Translations under genes and position numbers: made by a program | Virus record (IMG/VR): IMGVR_UViG_3300020045_002073 | Coordinates: 1-30,136 of that record | Direction: 5' to 3' (one strand) | DNA length: 30,136 bases | Source of the DNA: a virus | Lineage: Duplodnaviria > Caudoviricetes | In this document: one piece after another, positions 7,989 through 16,298 of the stretch | How positions within the stretch are numbered: the first letter of the stretch is position 1 | Layout of the letters: each line of letters opens with the position of its first letter | Notes under the pieces: generated by a model | Seen by the model: the letters and a program-made list of their open reading frames with translations, nothing else | Database searches by the model: none | Told to the model about the DNA's origin: nothing

Positions 7989-9600
7989 CGATATAAGATT
8001 ATTGCAACTAAGCAACTACGTAAGACCTAAATTAGAAGAAAACAAATCTAAAAATTGGGTTTTAAACGGTAAACAAAATTCATTTTATCAATATGTTATT
8101 GATAGGTTTAACGGTTCACCTACTAATTCGGCTATTATAGATTCTTATTGTAATTTGATTTATGGTAGCGGTTTGCGTTCTAAAAATGTAAATACAAGTG
8201 CTTGGATAAACTTTGTTTCTCTTTTTAGCTCAAAAGAATTGCGCAAAATTATTTCTGATTTTGAGTTATTCGGAGAGGCATCGATTCAAGTAATAAAATC
8301 AAAAGACAAAAAAAGTTTAGGAGCTATATATCACATCCCTAAACAACAGATAGTACCTTGCATAGAGAATGAAGATGGTGCAATCGAGGGGTATTGGCAT
8401 TCTAAGGATTGGAGCAATCCACAAAAATACACACCAACTTATTATCCTGCTTTTGGAACTTCAAAAGAAGATATAGAGATTTATTGTATAAAACCCTATA
8501 AAGCTGGTAAAAACTACTTTTCAGACCCTGACTATTTAAGTGCTTTGCCTTATGCTGAAATGGAGGAGGAACTGGCTAACTTTTATATTAATTCAATTAA
8601 AAAAGGGTTAAGTGCTGGATATATTATAAACATTCCAGACGGTGGAACTTATTCGCCTGAGGAAAAAGATGACTTAGAAAATAAAATAAAAGCTAAATTA
8701 ACAGGCTCACCTAATGCTATGAACTTTGTGATTAGCTTTAACGGTCGAGATGCTGAGATTACCGTAATACCTTTTCCTGTAAATGATGCTCAACATAAAC
8801 AATGGGAATATCTAACAGGTGAAAGCAGACAGCAAATAATGACAGGGCATAAGGTTGTAAGTCCTAAATTATTTGGTATTATGTCAGAGGGTGGATTAGG
8901 CAACAATGCTAACGAATTAGATGAAGCGGAAGCACAATTAATGAAACGTGTGATACAGCCAAAACAAAGATACATAACCGAAGCATTAGAAGAAATCCTA
9001 ACATTTTATAACATCAATTTAGACTTATATTTTGTACCGTTAACCGAACAAAAAGCAGTACAAATGCACTCACATGACGAAAAAAAAAAGTTTGAGTTAG
9101 ACGAATACGGTGAGGATGAAGATTTGGAAAACTATGAATTAATAGAGTCTAAACCAGTAGATTATGAAGAAGAAGAAAGACTCGAATTAGCATCAGTAAG
9201 TAGTGGAAACGCTATTCCTAATGCAAAATCAAAATGGGACACAGACTATTACATTTATCGTTATCGTTATGCTGGAAATGCAAATCCAGAAAGGGGTTTT
9301 TGCAAAGAAATGATGAAAAGAAATAAGATTTACAGGCGAGAAGATATTGAGTTGATGGGTGAAAAAAATGTAAATCCAGGATTTGGAATGCACCCAACAC
9401 CAAATAAGCCATATTCTATTTGGAAATATAAAGGAGGAGGTTTGTTGAGTGCTGAATTTACAGGTGGAACTTGCAAACATTATTGGGAAAAATTAACATA
9501 TAGAAAAATAGGAGTAAAGATTGATGTTAAAAATCCAAAAAACGAACCAAAAGAAAGTAGAGCATCAGGGGTAGCTGGAATTGCACCTCACGACATTTAA
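7981..9600 (+). CDS. Portal protein with a C-terminal Cys/His head-morphogenesis (MuF-like) extension
   Basis: SPTNSAII, YFSDPDY, IMTGHKVVSPKLFGI and VIQPKQ portal motifs up to about aa 355. An acidic linker follows, then RGFCKEM...YSIWKYKGG...CKHYW. Confidence 0.8.
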   Translation: MSNDIRLLQLSNYVRPKLEENKSKNWVLNGKQNSFYQYVIDRFNGSPTNSAIIDSYCNLIYGSGLRSKNVNTSAWINFVSLFSSKELRKIISDFELFGEASIQVIKSKDKKSLGAIYHIPKQQIVPCIENEDGAIEGYWHSKDWSNPQKYTPTYYPAFGTSKEDIEIYCIKPYKAGKNYFSDPDYLSALPYAEMEEELANFYINSIKKGLSAGYIINIPDGGTYSPEEKDDLENKIKAKLTGSPNAMNFVISFNGRDAEITVIPFPVNDAQHKQWEYLTGESRQQIMTGHKVVSPKLFGIMSEGGLGNNANELDEAEAQLMKRVIQPKQRYITEALEEILTFYNINLDLYFVPLTEQKAVQMHSHDEKKKFELDEYGEDEDLENYELIESKPVDYEEEERLELASVSSGNAIPNAKSKWDTDYYIYRYRYAGNANPERGFCKEMMKRNKIYRREDIELMGEKNVNPGFGMHPTPNKPYSIWKYKGGGLLSAEFTGGTCKHYWEKLTYRKIGVKIDVKNPKNEPKESRASGVAGIAPHDI

Positions 9601-9604
9601 TTAT

Positions 9605-10099
9605 ATGGCAGAATTATTATTCATAACCGCACAAGAAATGACAAAATCTACTATTTTAAGTGGAAATACAGACACGGATAAATTTGTTTTTTGTATAGCA
9701 AATGTACAATTAACAACTATTGAACCGTTGCTTGGTAGTCAATTATATGATAAGATAGTTGCTGATATAATATCCGACACCTTAAGTGGTTTGTACTTGG
9801 AATTATACAACGATTTTATTAAGCCAATTACTAAAAACGAATCAGTAGCTCAGTATATAGAGATTGCATCTTATATGGTGGATAACGCAGGAATTTATAA
9901 GCATACAGGCGATAAAATAGAGGTTGTAGACAAACAAGAAGTGCAATTTTTGGCTGGTAAATATAAAAATATGGCTCAAATGTATGTGATTAGATTTAAT
10001 AAGTGGATTTGTAAAAATTACTTACCAGAATATAAATGTTACCAAGATGAAGTAAATGCTATTAAAGGAATAAATCTTACCGCAGGATGGAAATTATAA
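9605..10099 (+). CDS. Head-tail adaptor/connector protein (probable)
   Basis: ATG at 9605 (MAELLFIT) preferred. Contains IEPLLGSQLYDKI and follows the portal. Confidence 0.6.
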   Translation: MAELLFITAQEMTKSTILSGNTDTDKFVFCIANVQLTTIEPLLGSQLYDKIVADIISDTLSGLYLELYNDFIKPITKNESVAQYIEIASYMVDNAGIYKHTGDKIEVVDKQEVQFLAGKYKNMAQMYVIRFNKWICKNYLPEYKCYQDEVNAIKGINLTAGWKL

Positions 10100-10653
10100 A
10101 CGGATTTAATCGTAAATGTAAGGATGGCAGTTCGGGTGTAAGTAATATTTGGCTATTAAAATTTAAAAAATATAATAGAAGTCAAATAGTTACTGATGGA
10201 AATTATTTGGTTTCTTTTCCTGAAACATTTATATACGAATTTAACAGCGTTCAAAATCCAACACCAACGGAAACAATGGAAATAAATGAGGGCGGTAAAT
10301 TTTACAATCAAAGTATTTCATTGACTTTTCCCACTTCAAGTACAAAAGATATTAACGAATTGAGTTCTTTAGAGTTCAGGTTATTGTTTAAGGATAACAA
10401 CGGAAAGTATAGAATTTTCGGTCTATATAATGGTTTAAATTCAGGTAATGTAACTTATACAACAGGTTCAGGAAAAAGCGATTTAAACGGTATTAAAATA
10501 GATTTTCAAGGCAAAGAAGAAGATAGTGCTTATTTTATAAGCGACTTAAATAGTGCTGGATTTATAGACATGGGAACGGATGAACCTTTCTTTTTCTTAT
10601 ATCAAAATAACGATAGATTTTTATTACAAGATAGTAATTTCTTATTAAATTAA
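10087..10653 (+). CDS. Tail-tube-like protein, paralogue of 7103-7612 (possible terminator/collar)
   Basis: Collinear motifs with 7103-7612: CKDGSSG/CKQGLGG, FKDNNG/VKDRNG, TGSGKSDLNG/TGGAKADLNG. Confidence 0.65.
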   Translation: MEIINGFNRKCKDGSSGVSNIWLLKFKKYNRSQIVTDGNYLVSFPETFIYEFNSVQNPTPTETMEINEGGKFYNQSISLTFPTSSTKDINELSSLEFRLLFKDNNGKYRIFGLYNGLNSGNVTYTTGSGKSDLNGIKIDFQGKEEDSAYFISDLNSAGFIDMGTDEPFFFLYQNNDRFLLQDSNFLLN

Positions 10654-10656
10654 AAA

Positions 10657-13071
10657 ATGGCAAATAAAAAATTAACAGATTTAACCGAATTAACTACGCC
10701 AGCAGATGGTGACTTTTTGTATATAGTTGATGTTTCTGATACGACAGAAAGCGCACAAGGTACGAGCAAAAAGATACGTAAAGATAAAGTAGATTCTGGA
10801 GCAAGTAAAGAAAATATAGCAAACAAACAAAACTCACTTGCTATTGATGGCACAGGAACTAAATACCCAACGGTTGATGCGGTTAATACAATTGATTTAC
10901 AAAAGGTATTAGACGTTGGCTCCGATGCTTCCGTTATATCTGGGGATAATTTCTCAAATTTAGAAATAGCTCCGACATATATAGCATTGAGTCAGGGAAA
11001 ATCTTCTGTCAATTCAAGAACTGGTTTTTATATAGACAATGGCATTCTATCAATAGATAGAGAAAATGAAATTGATGTAAATAAAACATCTATAAAAATA
11101 GACGTTCCTACTGTAATAACTACTTTAAACTTCCCTGCAAAAACAGTAGCTGGAGATTACACTTTAGCTACTACGGATGATATATTTGATAATTTAAAAT
11201 TAAACTTTAAATATCCTTCAGATTTTACATTTAGACCTTTTTCTATTTTTGAACAAAATGGAATTTTTAATGTAGATAAGAAACCTTTTGATTTGATTTC
11301 GGATAAGGTTAGTAAAATGCAAGCCTACTATGTTGACTATCAAAATGGTTCTAATTCTAACGATGGCTTAACAGAATCTACGGCTTTTAAAACAATAATT
11401 TATGCAATAAATACAGCTGGCGCAAGGCTAATATATACAAGGGGTGGCGACATAATTCAATCAGATGGATTTGGATTGATAAGTGGAACTTCTGGAGTAG
11501 AAGATATTTTTATAATTAAAAAAGGTTTAGATAAAACATATATTTTAAATAATTTACTTTCACCAATTTTTACACTCGATACAGGTACTACTTACAGTAC
11601 ATTAGTAGCTGGAATTACAGCAATAAATGTTGTTGATTTTAATTTTGAAAATTCAAACGGTTTTAAAACCAATCTTGACGAGGTGGCGTCTTTAGCAATT
11701 GTAAATTCAACTCCTAACAGTTATTGGATTAATACAGGAACTGAAACTTTATATTTAAATTTAAAAGATGGGCGTGTTCCTGATGCTAACGTATTTATAC
11801 TGAAAAATTCGTCTGACAATCGTATTCAAAAAGATGGCGGGTATGTATATAATGAGGGCTTATCTTATATTGGCGGTTTATATGCTTATCGACATAGAGG
11901 TATTACAACAGCAACTTCTGACTCAGATGCTAATTATTTAGCTGAAAATTGCGAGTATCTTTATTCAAGCCAGAATGGATTTGGCACAACAGATAATCAA
12001 GGAGTTACATGGTTAAACAATTGCAATGCGTATAGAAATGGCTCTGATGGGTTCAATTATTCGCAAGGTAGTATTTACACTTTGTCAAAAAATATCGAGG
12101 TAAACTGCCAAAGTTTTGATAACGGATATAAACAGACAGTCACTTCATTTCATAATGGAAGTTCGGCACATACTAAGCACACAATTATTCGTATAAATGG
12201 CAAGTATTTTAGAAATATAGGACCTAACGTTATAGATGTTTATGGAGCATTTTCTTTAAATATAGGAGTTGAAGCGTTCGATTCTTTAGGATTTAGCGAT
12301 GTTGCATCGAACCCTACAAGCTCAGGTGTTAATTTTGCAGACTGGGGTGATTTTGGATGTGGAACAATTGCAGGGGAATCAGGAACTAAGATGTGGTTGT
12401 ATGGATGTAAATCGAAAGATGATTTATTATCTTTTCACAAGCCTACTTACTTGTCGGATGGTATTACAGCAGATACTTCAGTTTTATACGTAGATAATTC
12501 AATTAAAAAAGCAGTAACTTTTGGAACAATAACATATGGTGCTTTCACATTCTCAGATTTAAGTTCTTATGTTTTTTCAGGATTGTCAAGTGGATATGTT
12601 ACTCCTTTTTATGAACCGATTTTAATAAAAGATACGGTCGTAAGTAGCACAATTACAGGCGTTGCAACTGATACAAAAGTAAAAAGTTATTTAATAAAAG
12701 CAAAAACTTTAAATGTAAATGACATATTAAATGTAGTTTTTGAAGTTAACAAAGTAGGTGCAGTTGGAACGGGTACTTATAAAATTTGGAAAAACACATC
12801 TGATACGTTGACTGGAGCTACTCAGATAGCAACTTTCACAACGGTAGCTGGAAATTTAACTACAAAAATGTCGAGACAATTTACTTTAAGAAGTAATTTA
12901 TTATATGCTAATAGCTTTTCTACTTCTTTAATATCTGATATAATTTCAGCTTCAAATTCAGTAGGAAATACTTCTTTTACGACTACAAATGATAATTATA
13001 TAATTATATCTATTTCTTTAGCAGGTGCTACGGATACTGCATTTATTTCATCCGTAAAAATAAATAACTAA
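10657..13071 (+). CDS. Tailspike/fibre with a right-handed beta-helix (pectate-lyase-like) domain, putative depolymerase
   Basis: MANKKLTDLTELT...LYIVD virion-anchor N-terminus, YYVDYQNGSNSNDGLTESTAFKTI beta-helix cap, and NCNAYRNGSDGFNY rungs. Confidence 0.75.
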   Translation: MANKKLTDLTELTTPADGDFLYIVDVSDTTESAQGTSKKIRKDKVDSGASKENIANKQNSLAIDGTGTKYPTVDAVNTIDLQKVLDVGSDASVISGDNFSNLEIAPTYIALSQGKSSVNSRTGFYIDNGILSIDRENEIDVNKTSIKIDVPTVITTLNFPAKTVAGDYTLATTDDIFDNLKLNFKYPSDFTFRPFSIFEQNGIFNVDKKPFDLISDKVSKMQAYYVDYQNGSNSNDGLTESTAFKTIIYAINTAGARLIYTRGGDIIQSDGFGLISGTSGVEDIFIIKKGLDKTYILNNLLSPIFTLDTGTTYSTLVAGITAINVVDFNFENSNGFKTNLDEVASLAIVNSTPNSYWINTGTETLYLNLKDGRVPDANVFILKNSSDNRIQKDGGYVYNEGLSYIGGLYAYRHRGITTATSDSDANYLAENCEYLYSSQNGFGTTDNQGVTWLNNCNAYRNGSDGFNYSQGSIYTLSKNIEVNCQSFDNGYKQTVTSFHNGSSAHTKHTIIRINGKYFRNIGPNVIDVYGAFSLNIGVEAFDSLGFSDVASNPTSSGVNFADWGDFGCGTIAGESGTKMWLYGCKSKDDLLSFHKPTYLSDGITADTSVLYVDNSIKKAVTFGTITYGAFTFSDLSSYVFSGLSSGYVTPFYEPILIKDTVVSSTITGVATDTKVKSYLIKAKTLNVNDILNVVFEVNKVGAVGTGTYKIWKNTSDTLTGATQIATFTTVAGNLTTKMSRQFTLRSNLLYANSFSTSLISDIISASNSVGNTSFTTTNDNYIIISISLAGATDTAFISSVKINN

Positions 13072-13089
13072 CTTTAAAATAAATTAAAT

Positions 13090-13326
13090 ATGAAAAATTA
13101 CAAAACAACTTTAGCAGGATTGGTTGCTGGATTACCTTTATTGATTGACTCACTAATTCAAGCTTATAATGCGGGTGCATTTACAGATAAATCAGGAAAT
13201 CAATTGCTTTTAGCTATTGGAGTGGTATTGATTGGTTATTTAGCTTCGGATAAAAATAAACCCAATACACCTAATACATTTGCTGAAGTAGACAATGTAG
13301 GTTTACCAAAACCTAAAAAAACATAA
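13090..13326 (+). CDS. Holin-like membrane protein
   Basis: MKNYKTTLAGLVAG start, two hydrophobic segments and a basic tail. First gene of the lysis cluster. Confidence 0.6.
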   Translation: MKNYKTTLAGLVAGLPLLIDSLIQAYNAGAFTDKSGNQLLLAIGVVLIGYLASDKNKPNTPNTFAEVDNVGLPKPKKT

Positions 13327-13670
13327 TGAAAATTTTTAGTAAAATACTCAATTACTTGCCTATTATAATAGTGGGTAATTGGGTATTTTGTTTTTTGTTT
13401 TTAAAAGACATTCAATTTTATAATGAAAACTATTTTACGTTTGATTTAATTGACACTTTCATGTGTGCTATTGCTTTATTACATTATTTCTTTTGCCCTG
13501 AAAAAAATAATGTGTATCTTATAAGATGTATAATTGCAATTATATTTTTAAATAGCATATACGAATTATTAAACGAACAAATTTATTTTTCGTTATATTT
13601 GTTAATAATTGTTTCCCAAATTTTTGATTATGCATTTAATAAAATATCTATTCAACACGCTAAATTATAG
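13326..13670 (+). CDS. Multi-pass membrane protein in the lysis cluster
   Basis: 114 aa with about four hydrophobic segments. TAATG coupling to the previous gene. Confidence 0.6.
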   Translation: MKIFSKILNYLPIIIVGNWVFCFLFLKDIQFYNENYFTFDLIDTFMCAIALLHYFFCPEKNNVYLIRCIIAIIFLNSIYELLNEQIYFSLYLLIIVSQIFDYAFNKISIQHAKL

Positions 13671-13950
13671 CTTCTATTGTTTATACTCATTCACGTTAAT
13701 TGACGTTGTAAAAAAGCTTACATTTGGGGAGTTTTATTTATCAAATGCAACTAATTTTGTTCAGTTTTTATTGACTTTAATAGGTGTGTTTTTTGCTTAT
13801 TATAAATTAAGAACTTATATACGAGATTCTAAAATAAGAAGTGAAATATTAGAACAGGAGCTACAAGAAAAAAAAAATGCGAATTTTTACAAAAAATGGC
13901 ATCATGAATTTATAGAAGATAAGACAAATGAACCTACAAACAAAATATAA
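13630..13950 (+). CDS. Membrane protein, holin/antiholin candidate
   Basis: ATG at 13630 preferred. TM segment FVQFLLTLIGVFFAYY, then a charged tail. Overlaps the endolysin start. Confidence 0.55.
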   Translation: MHLIKYLFNTLNYSFYCLYSFTLIDVVKKLTFGEFYLSNATNFVQFLLTLIGVFFAYYKLRTYIRDSKIRSEILEQELQEKKNANFYKKWHHEFIEDKTNEPTNKI

Positions 13951-14506
13951 AACTTTATTCGAAAAATATGGACTTAATACTCGGTTAAGAACCGCACATT
14001 TTATGGATCAAATTGAACATGAAAGCGGATTAAAGCCAATTAGTGAGAATTTGAACTATTCAAGAGATGGACTACTTATAACATTTAATAAATATTTTAC
14101 AGATGACATACTTAGGAAAGACGGGAGTTTAGATAAATTAGGAACTGCGACTTTATACGCAAGACAACCAGAAAAAATAGCAAATCGAGTTTACGCCAAT
14201 CGTATGGGTAACGGAGACGAAACAAGCGGAGACGGTTGGAAATATAGAGGGCGTGGATTTATTCAAATTACAGGAAAAGAAAACTATTTAAAATTAGCAA
14301 ATGACACTAATTTAGATTGCTTAAATAATCCAGATTTATTATTAAAAGAAGCAAACGCAATGATTAGTGCGTTATGGTTTTGGAATTTAAAAGGATTAAA
14401 TAAATTAGCCGATAAAAATGATATTATAGGAATAACTAAAAAAATTAACGGTGGTTTAAATGGTATTGAACACCGAAAAGAATTACTTAAAAAATATCTT
14501 TCATGA
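13928..14506 (+). CDS. Endolysin, glycoside hydrolase family 19
   Basis: HESG, ENLNYS, IANRVYANRMGNG, GDGWKYRGRGFIQITGKENY and ITKKINGGLNG motifs. Confidence 0.92.
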   Translation: MNLQTKYKTLFEKYGLNTRLRTAHFMDQIEHESGLKPISENLNYSRDGLLITFNKYFTDDILRKDGSLDKLGTATLYARQPEKIANRVYANRMGNGDETSGDGWKYRGRGFIQITGKENYLKLANDTNLDCLNNPDLLLKEANAMISALWFWNLKGLNKLADKNDIIGITKKINGGLNGIEHRKELLKKYLS

Positions 14507-14898
14507 AATACTTAATCATTATATTTTTATTTATTTCATGCTCAACTACTCGAGATGTAAAACTAAATAAAAGTACGTTTGAATCAGGAACTATCACAAC
14601 TAATAACGATGTTGTTTTAAAGCAAGAAACTATATTAAATGATATATTCACGATAAAACCATTTGATAATAGTAAATCAATGTTTCTAAATGGTAAGGAA
14701 TATAGAAACGTTATAATTACAAAAGATAAAACTAAACATAACGTACTCACAAAAACGATTTACAATAGGCAAACAATCACTAAAACTATTGAGATAACAA
14801 AGACTAAGGAAACAAAAAAAACAGACTATACAAGCCTGTTTTTTATATTGTGTTTATTTGTATTTTTATGGTTTTATTTGCCTAAGGTTAGGGTGTAA
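14503..14898 (+). CDS. Lipoprotein with a C-terminal TM helix, unimolecular-spanin-like
   Basis: Signal peptide II MKYLIIIFLFIS-C and C-terminal SLFFILCLFVFLWFYL. Directly after the endolysin. Confidence 0.65.
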   Translation: MKYLIIIFLFISCSTTRDVKLNKSTFESGTITTNNDVVLKQETILNDIFTIKPFDNSKSMFLNGKEYRNVIITKDKTKHNVLTKTIYNRQTITKTIEITKTKETKKTDYTSLFFILCLFVFLWFYLPKVRV

Positions 14899-14900
14899 AT

Positions 14901-15137
14901 TTACTCAAAAGGGTCACTAAAATCTAAATCAGATTCTTCCTTTGCATCTGTTACTTTTTGGTATAATTCATCATTATCTATTAATCTTAGTAATAGTTTT
15001 TGAGATAAATATGATACATCACTCAAGTCTTCTTCTTCTATTTCTTCAAGAATTTCAAACCAATTATAAATTTCTTCTTCATCATAATCGTTCATAATAT
15101 CTTGACCGTATTCTAATAATTCTGTTTTTAGTCCCAT
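14901..15137 (-). CDS. Highly acidic small protein
   Basis: 26 Asp/Glu versus 5 Lys/Arg in 78 aa. Last gene of the leftward operon. Confidence 0.7.
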   Translation of the reverse strand: MGLKTELLEYGQDIMNDYDEEEIYNWFEILEEIEEEDLSDVSYLSQKLLLRLIDNDELYQKVTDAKEESDLDFSDPFE

Positions 15138-15142
15138 ATTTT

Positions 15143-15256
15143 TTATTTTATTTTTACATTTATTACAAATCCATCTTTCACAATAGTATAACTATTGACA
15201 TTCAATTCTTTTGCGAGTTCGATACTCTTTTCGAGCGTGTTAATTACTTTTTTCAT
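15143..15256 (-). CDS. Small hypothetical protein (37 aa); not in the ORF track
   Basis: MKKVINTLEKSIELAKELNVNSYTIVKDGFVINVKIK*, tightly packed between its neighbours. Confidence 0.5.
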   Translation of the reverse strand: MKKVINTLEKSIELAKELNVNSYTIVKDGFVINVKIK

Positions 15257-15419
15257 ATGTTTTATAATTTAATTGATATTCAATCCAAATAAAAACGTCT
15301 ATCGTAGCATCGTGAATCCATCCTTTTTTAATTAATGAATCGTGCTTTATTAATGCTTTTTTATGATTGTAAATTTTATATTTACCATCTTTTTTATAAA
15401 CGTATCCTATTTTTTCCAT
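15240..15419 (-). CDS. Small hypothetical protein (59 aa); not in the ORF track
   Basis: MEKIGYVYKKDGKYKIYNHKKALIKHDSLIKKGWIHDATIDVFIWIEYQLNYKTYEKSN*. A-rich leader, downstream of the leftward promoter. Confidence 0.6.
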   Translation of the reverse strand: MEKIGYVYKKDGKYKIYNHKKALIKHDSLIKKGWIHDATIDVFIWIEYQLNYKTYEKSN

Positions 15420-15439
15420 AATTTATTTTTATATTTCAA

Positions 15440-15473
15440 CAAATATACAACATATAAGTATATAATTTACAAA
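15440..15473 (-). promoter_or_regulatory. Leftward Bacteroidota primary-sigma promoter
   Basis: Minus strand reads TTTG...GTTG-TATATTTG; the -7 element TAnnTTTG is at 15440-15447. Confidence 0.7.
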
Positions 15474-15481
15474 CTAAGCTA

Positions 15482-15542
15482 ATTTAGAATTATTATAAAT
15501 ATCATCATAATGTTGTATTATTCAAATTTAGTTGTATATTTG
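15482..15542 (+). promoter_or_regulatory. Early promoter cassette 1: 19-bp palindromic box, -33 region and TAnnTTTG
   Basis: ATTTAGAATTATTATAAAT (15482-15500), ATCATAATGTTGTA (15504-15517), TATATTTG (15535-15542). Confidence 0.8.
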
Positions 15543-15567
15543 TCAAACAATTTAAAACAAAGAAAAC

Positions 15568-15852
15568 ATGACAATTCAATTAACAAAAATCTGGAATAAA
15601 TTAGAAAGAAGTGAAAAATTAGAAATTATTGAAAATGCTATCAATATGTGTAACACAAACGAGGGTTTTTTAATGTTAAGAACTTGGGCAAAATATAATT
15701 CAATAACAGCTCACGTTCAAACAAATTTAGACAATCATCTTTGTATTGAAGCTGTATCTCAGGATACTTTAATTTCTTTATTTGGTGAAAATTACGACTT
15801 TAAAGAAGAAGACGCTGATGTTATTTTAACTTGGATGGAAAATCAAATATAA
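15568..15852 (+). CDS. Hypothetical early protein
   Basis: 94 aa, first gene after the promoter. Confidence 0.7.
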   Translation: MTIQLTKIWNKLERSEKLEIIENAINMCNTNEGFLMLRTWAKYNSITAHVQTNLDNHLCIEAVSQDTLISLFGENYDFKEEDADVILTWMENQI

Positions 15853-15870
15853 TCGTAAAAAACCAAAACC

Positions 15871-15978
15871 ATGAGCAACACAGAAAAATTTTACCAATTG
15901 ATGAAAAAAATAAATAACATTTACTTAAATGATAATGACCGCATGACACGGGCATTTCATAAAGTAGCTAATAATTAA
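15871..15978 (+). CDS. Small hypothetical protein (35 aa)
   Basis: MSNTEKFYQLMKKINNIYLNDNDRMTRAFHKVANN* fills the gap and has an A-rich leader. Confidence 0.5.
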   Translation: MSNTEKFYQLMKKINNIYLNDNDRMTRAFHKVANN

Positions 15979-15982
15979 TAAT

Positions 15983-16207
15983 ATGAAACTAAACAATCAC
16001 ACATTTGATTTAAACGGTATAAGTTTAACCGCTTATTATACGGTAAGTGGTAAATACTACCCAGCGACACAATACGACCCAGAGGAGTTCCCTGATGTTG
16101 AAGTACATAAAATAACATTAGAAGATAATCCAGTTGACATTCAAGAATTATTACACATTTACGAAGAAGAAATCTATAAAATATTAAATTATGAGCAAAG
16201 AGGATAA
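15983..16207 (+). CDS. Hypothetical acidic protein
   Basis: 74 aa, contains YYPATQYDPEEFPDVEV. Confidence 0.7.
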   Translation: MKLNNHTFDLNGISLTAYYTVSGKYYPATQYDPEEFPDVEVHKITLEDNPVDIQELLHIYEEEIYKILNYEQRG

Positions 16208-16298
16208 AAACAAGGAATTATTAGCTTATTGTATTTTATTAGCTGAGCAAGGCGAAAACACATTATTATTAAAGAAATTAAAAGAAATAGAATTATGA
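16191..16298 (+). CDS. Small hypothetical protein (35 aa)
   Basis: MSKEDKNKELLAYCILLAEQGENTLLLKKLKEIEL*, with an ATGA overlap onto sak. Confidence 0.45.
   Translation: MSKEDKNKELLAYCILLAEQGENTLLLKKLKEIEL

Noticed and set aside
10651-10659. In-frame TAA AAA ATG (also TAA ATG at 75-80), suggesting read-through or a recoded genetic code
   Set aside because: TAA is the dominant stop, TAG and TGA also end clear genes, and the ORFs are intact under code 11.
13990-14030. Endolysin HFMDQ instead of the usual HF(L/M)AQ
   Set aside because: The catalytic HES and all other GH19 motifs are intact, so there is no sign of inactivation.
15420-15567. Lambda-like lysis/lysogeny switch at the divergent promoters
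   Set aside because: The flanking genes are not recognisable HTH repressors and no integrase is in the window.
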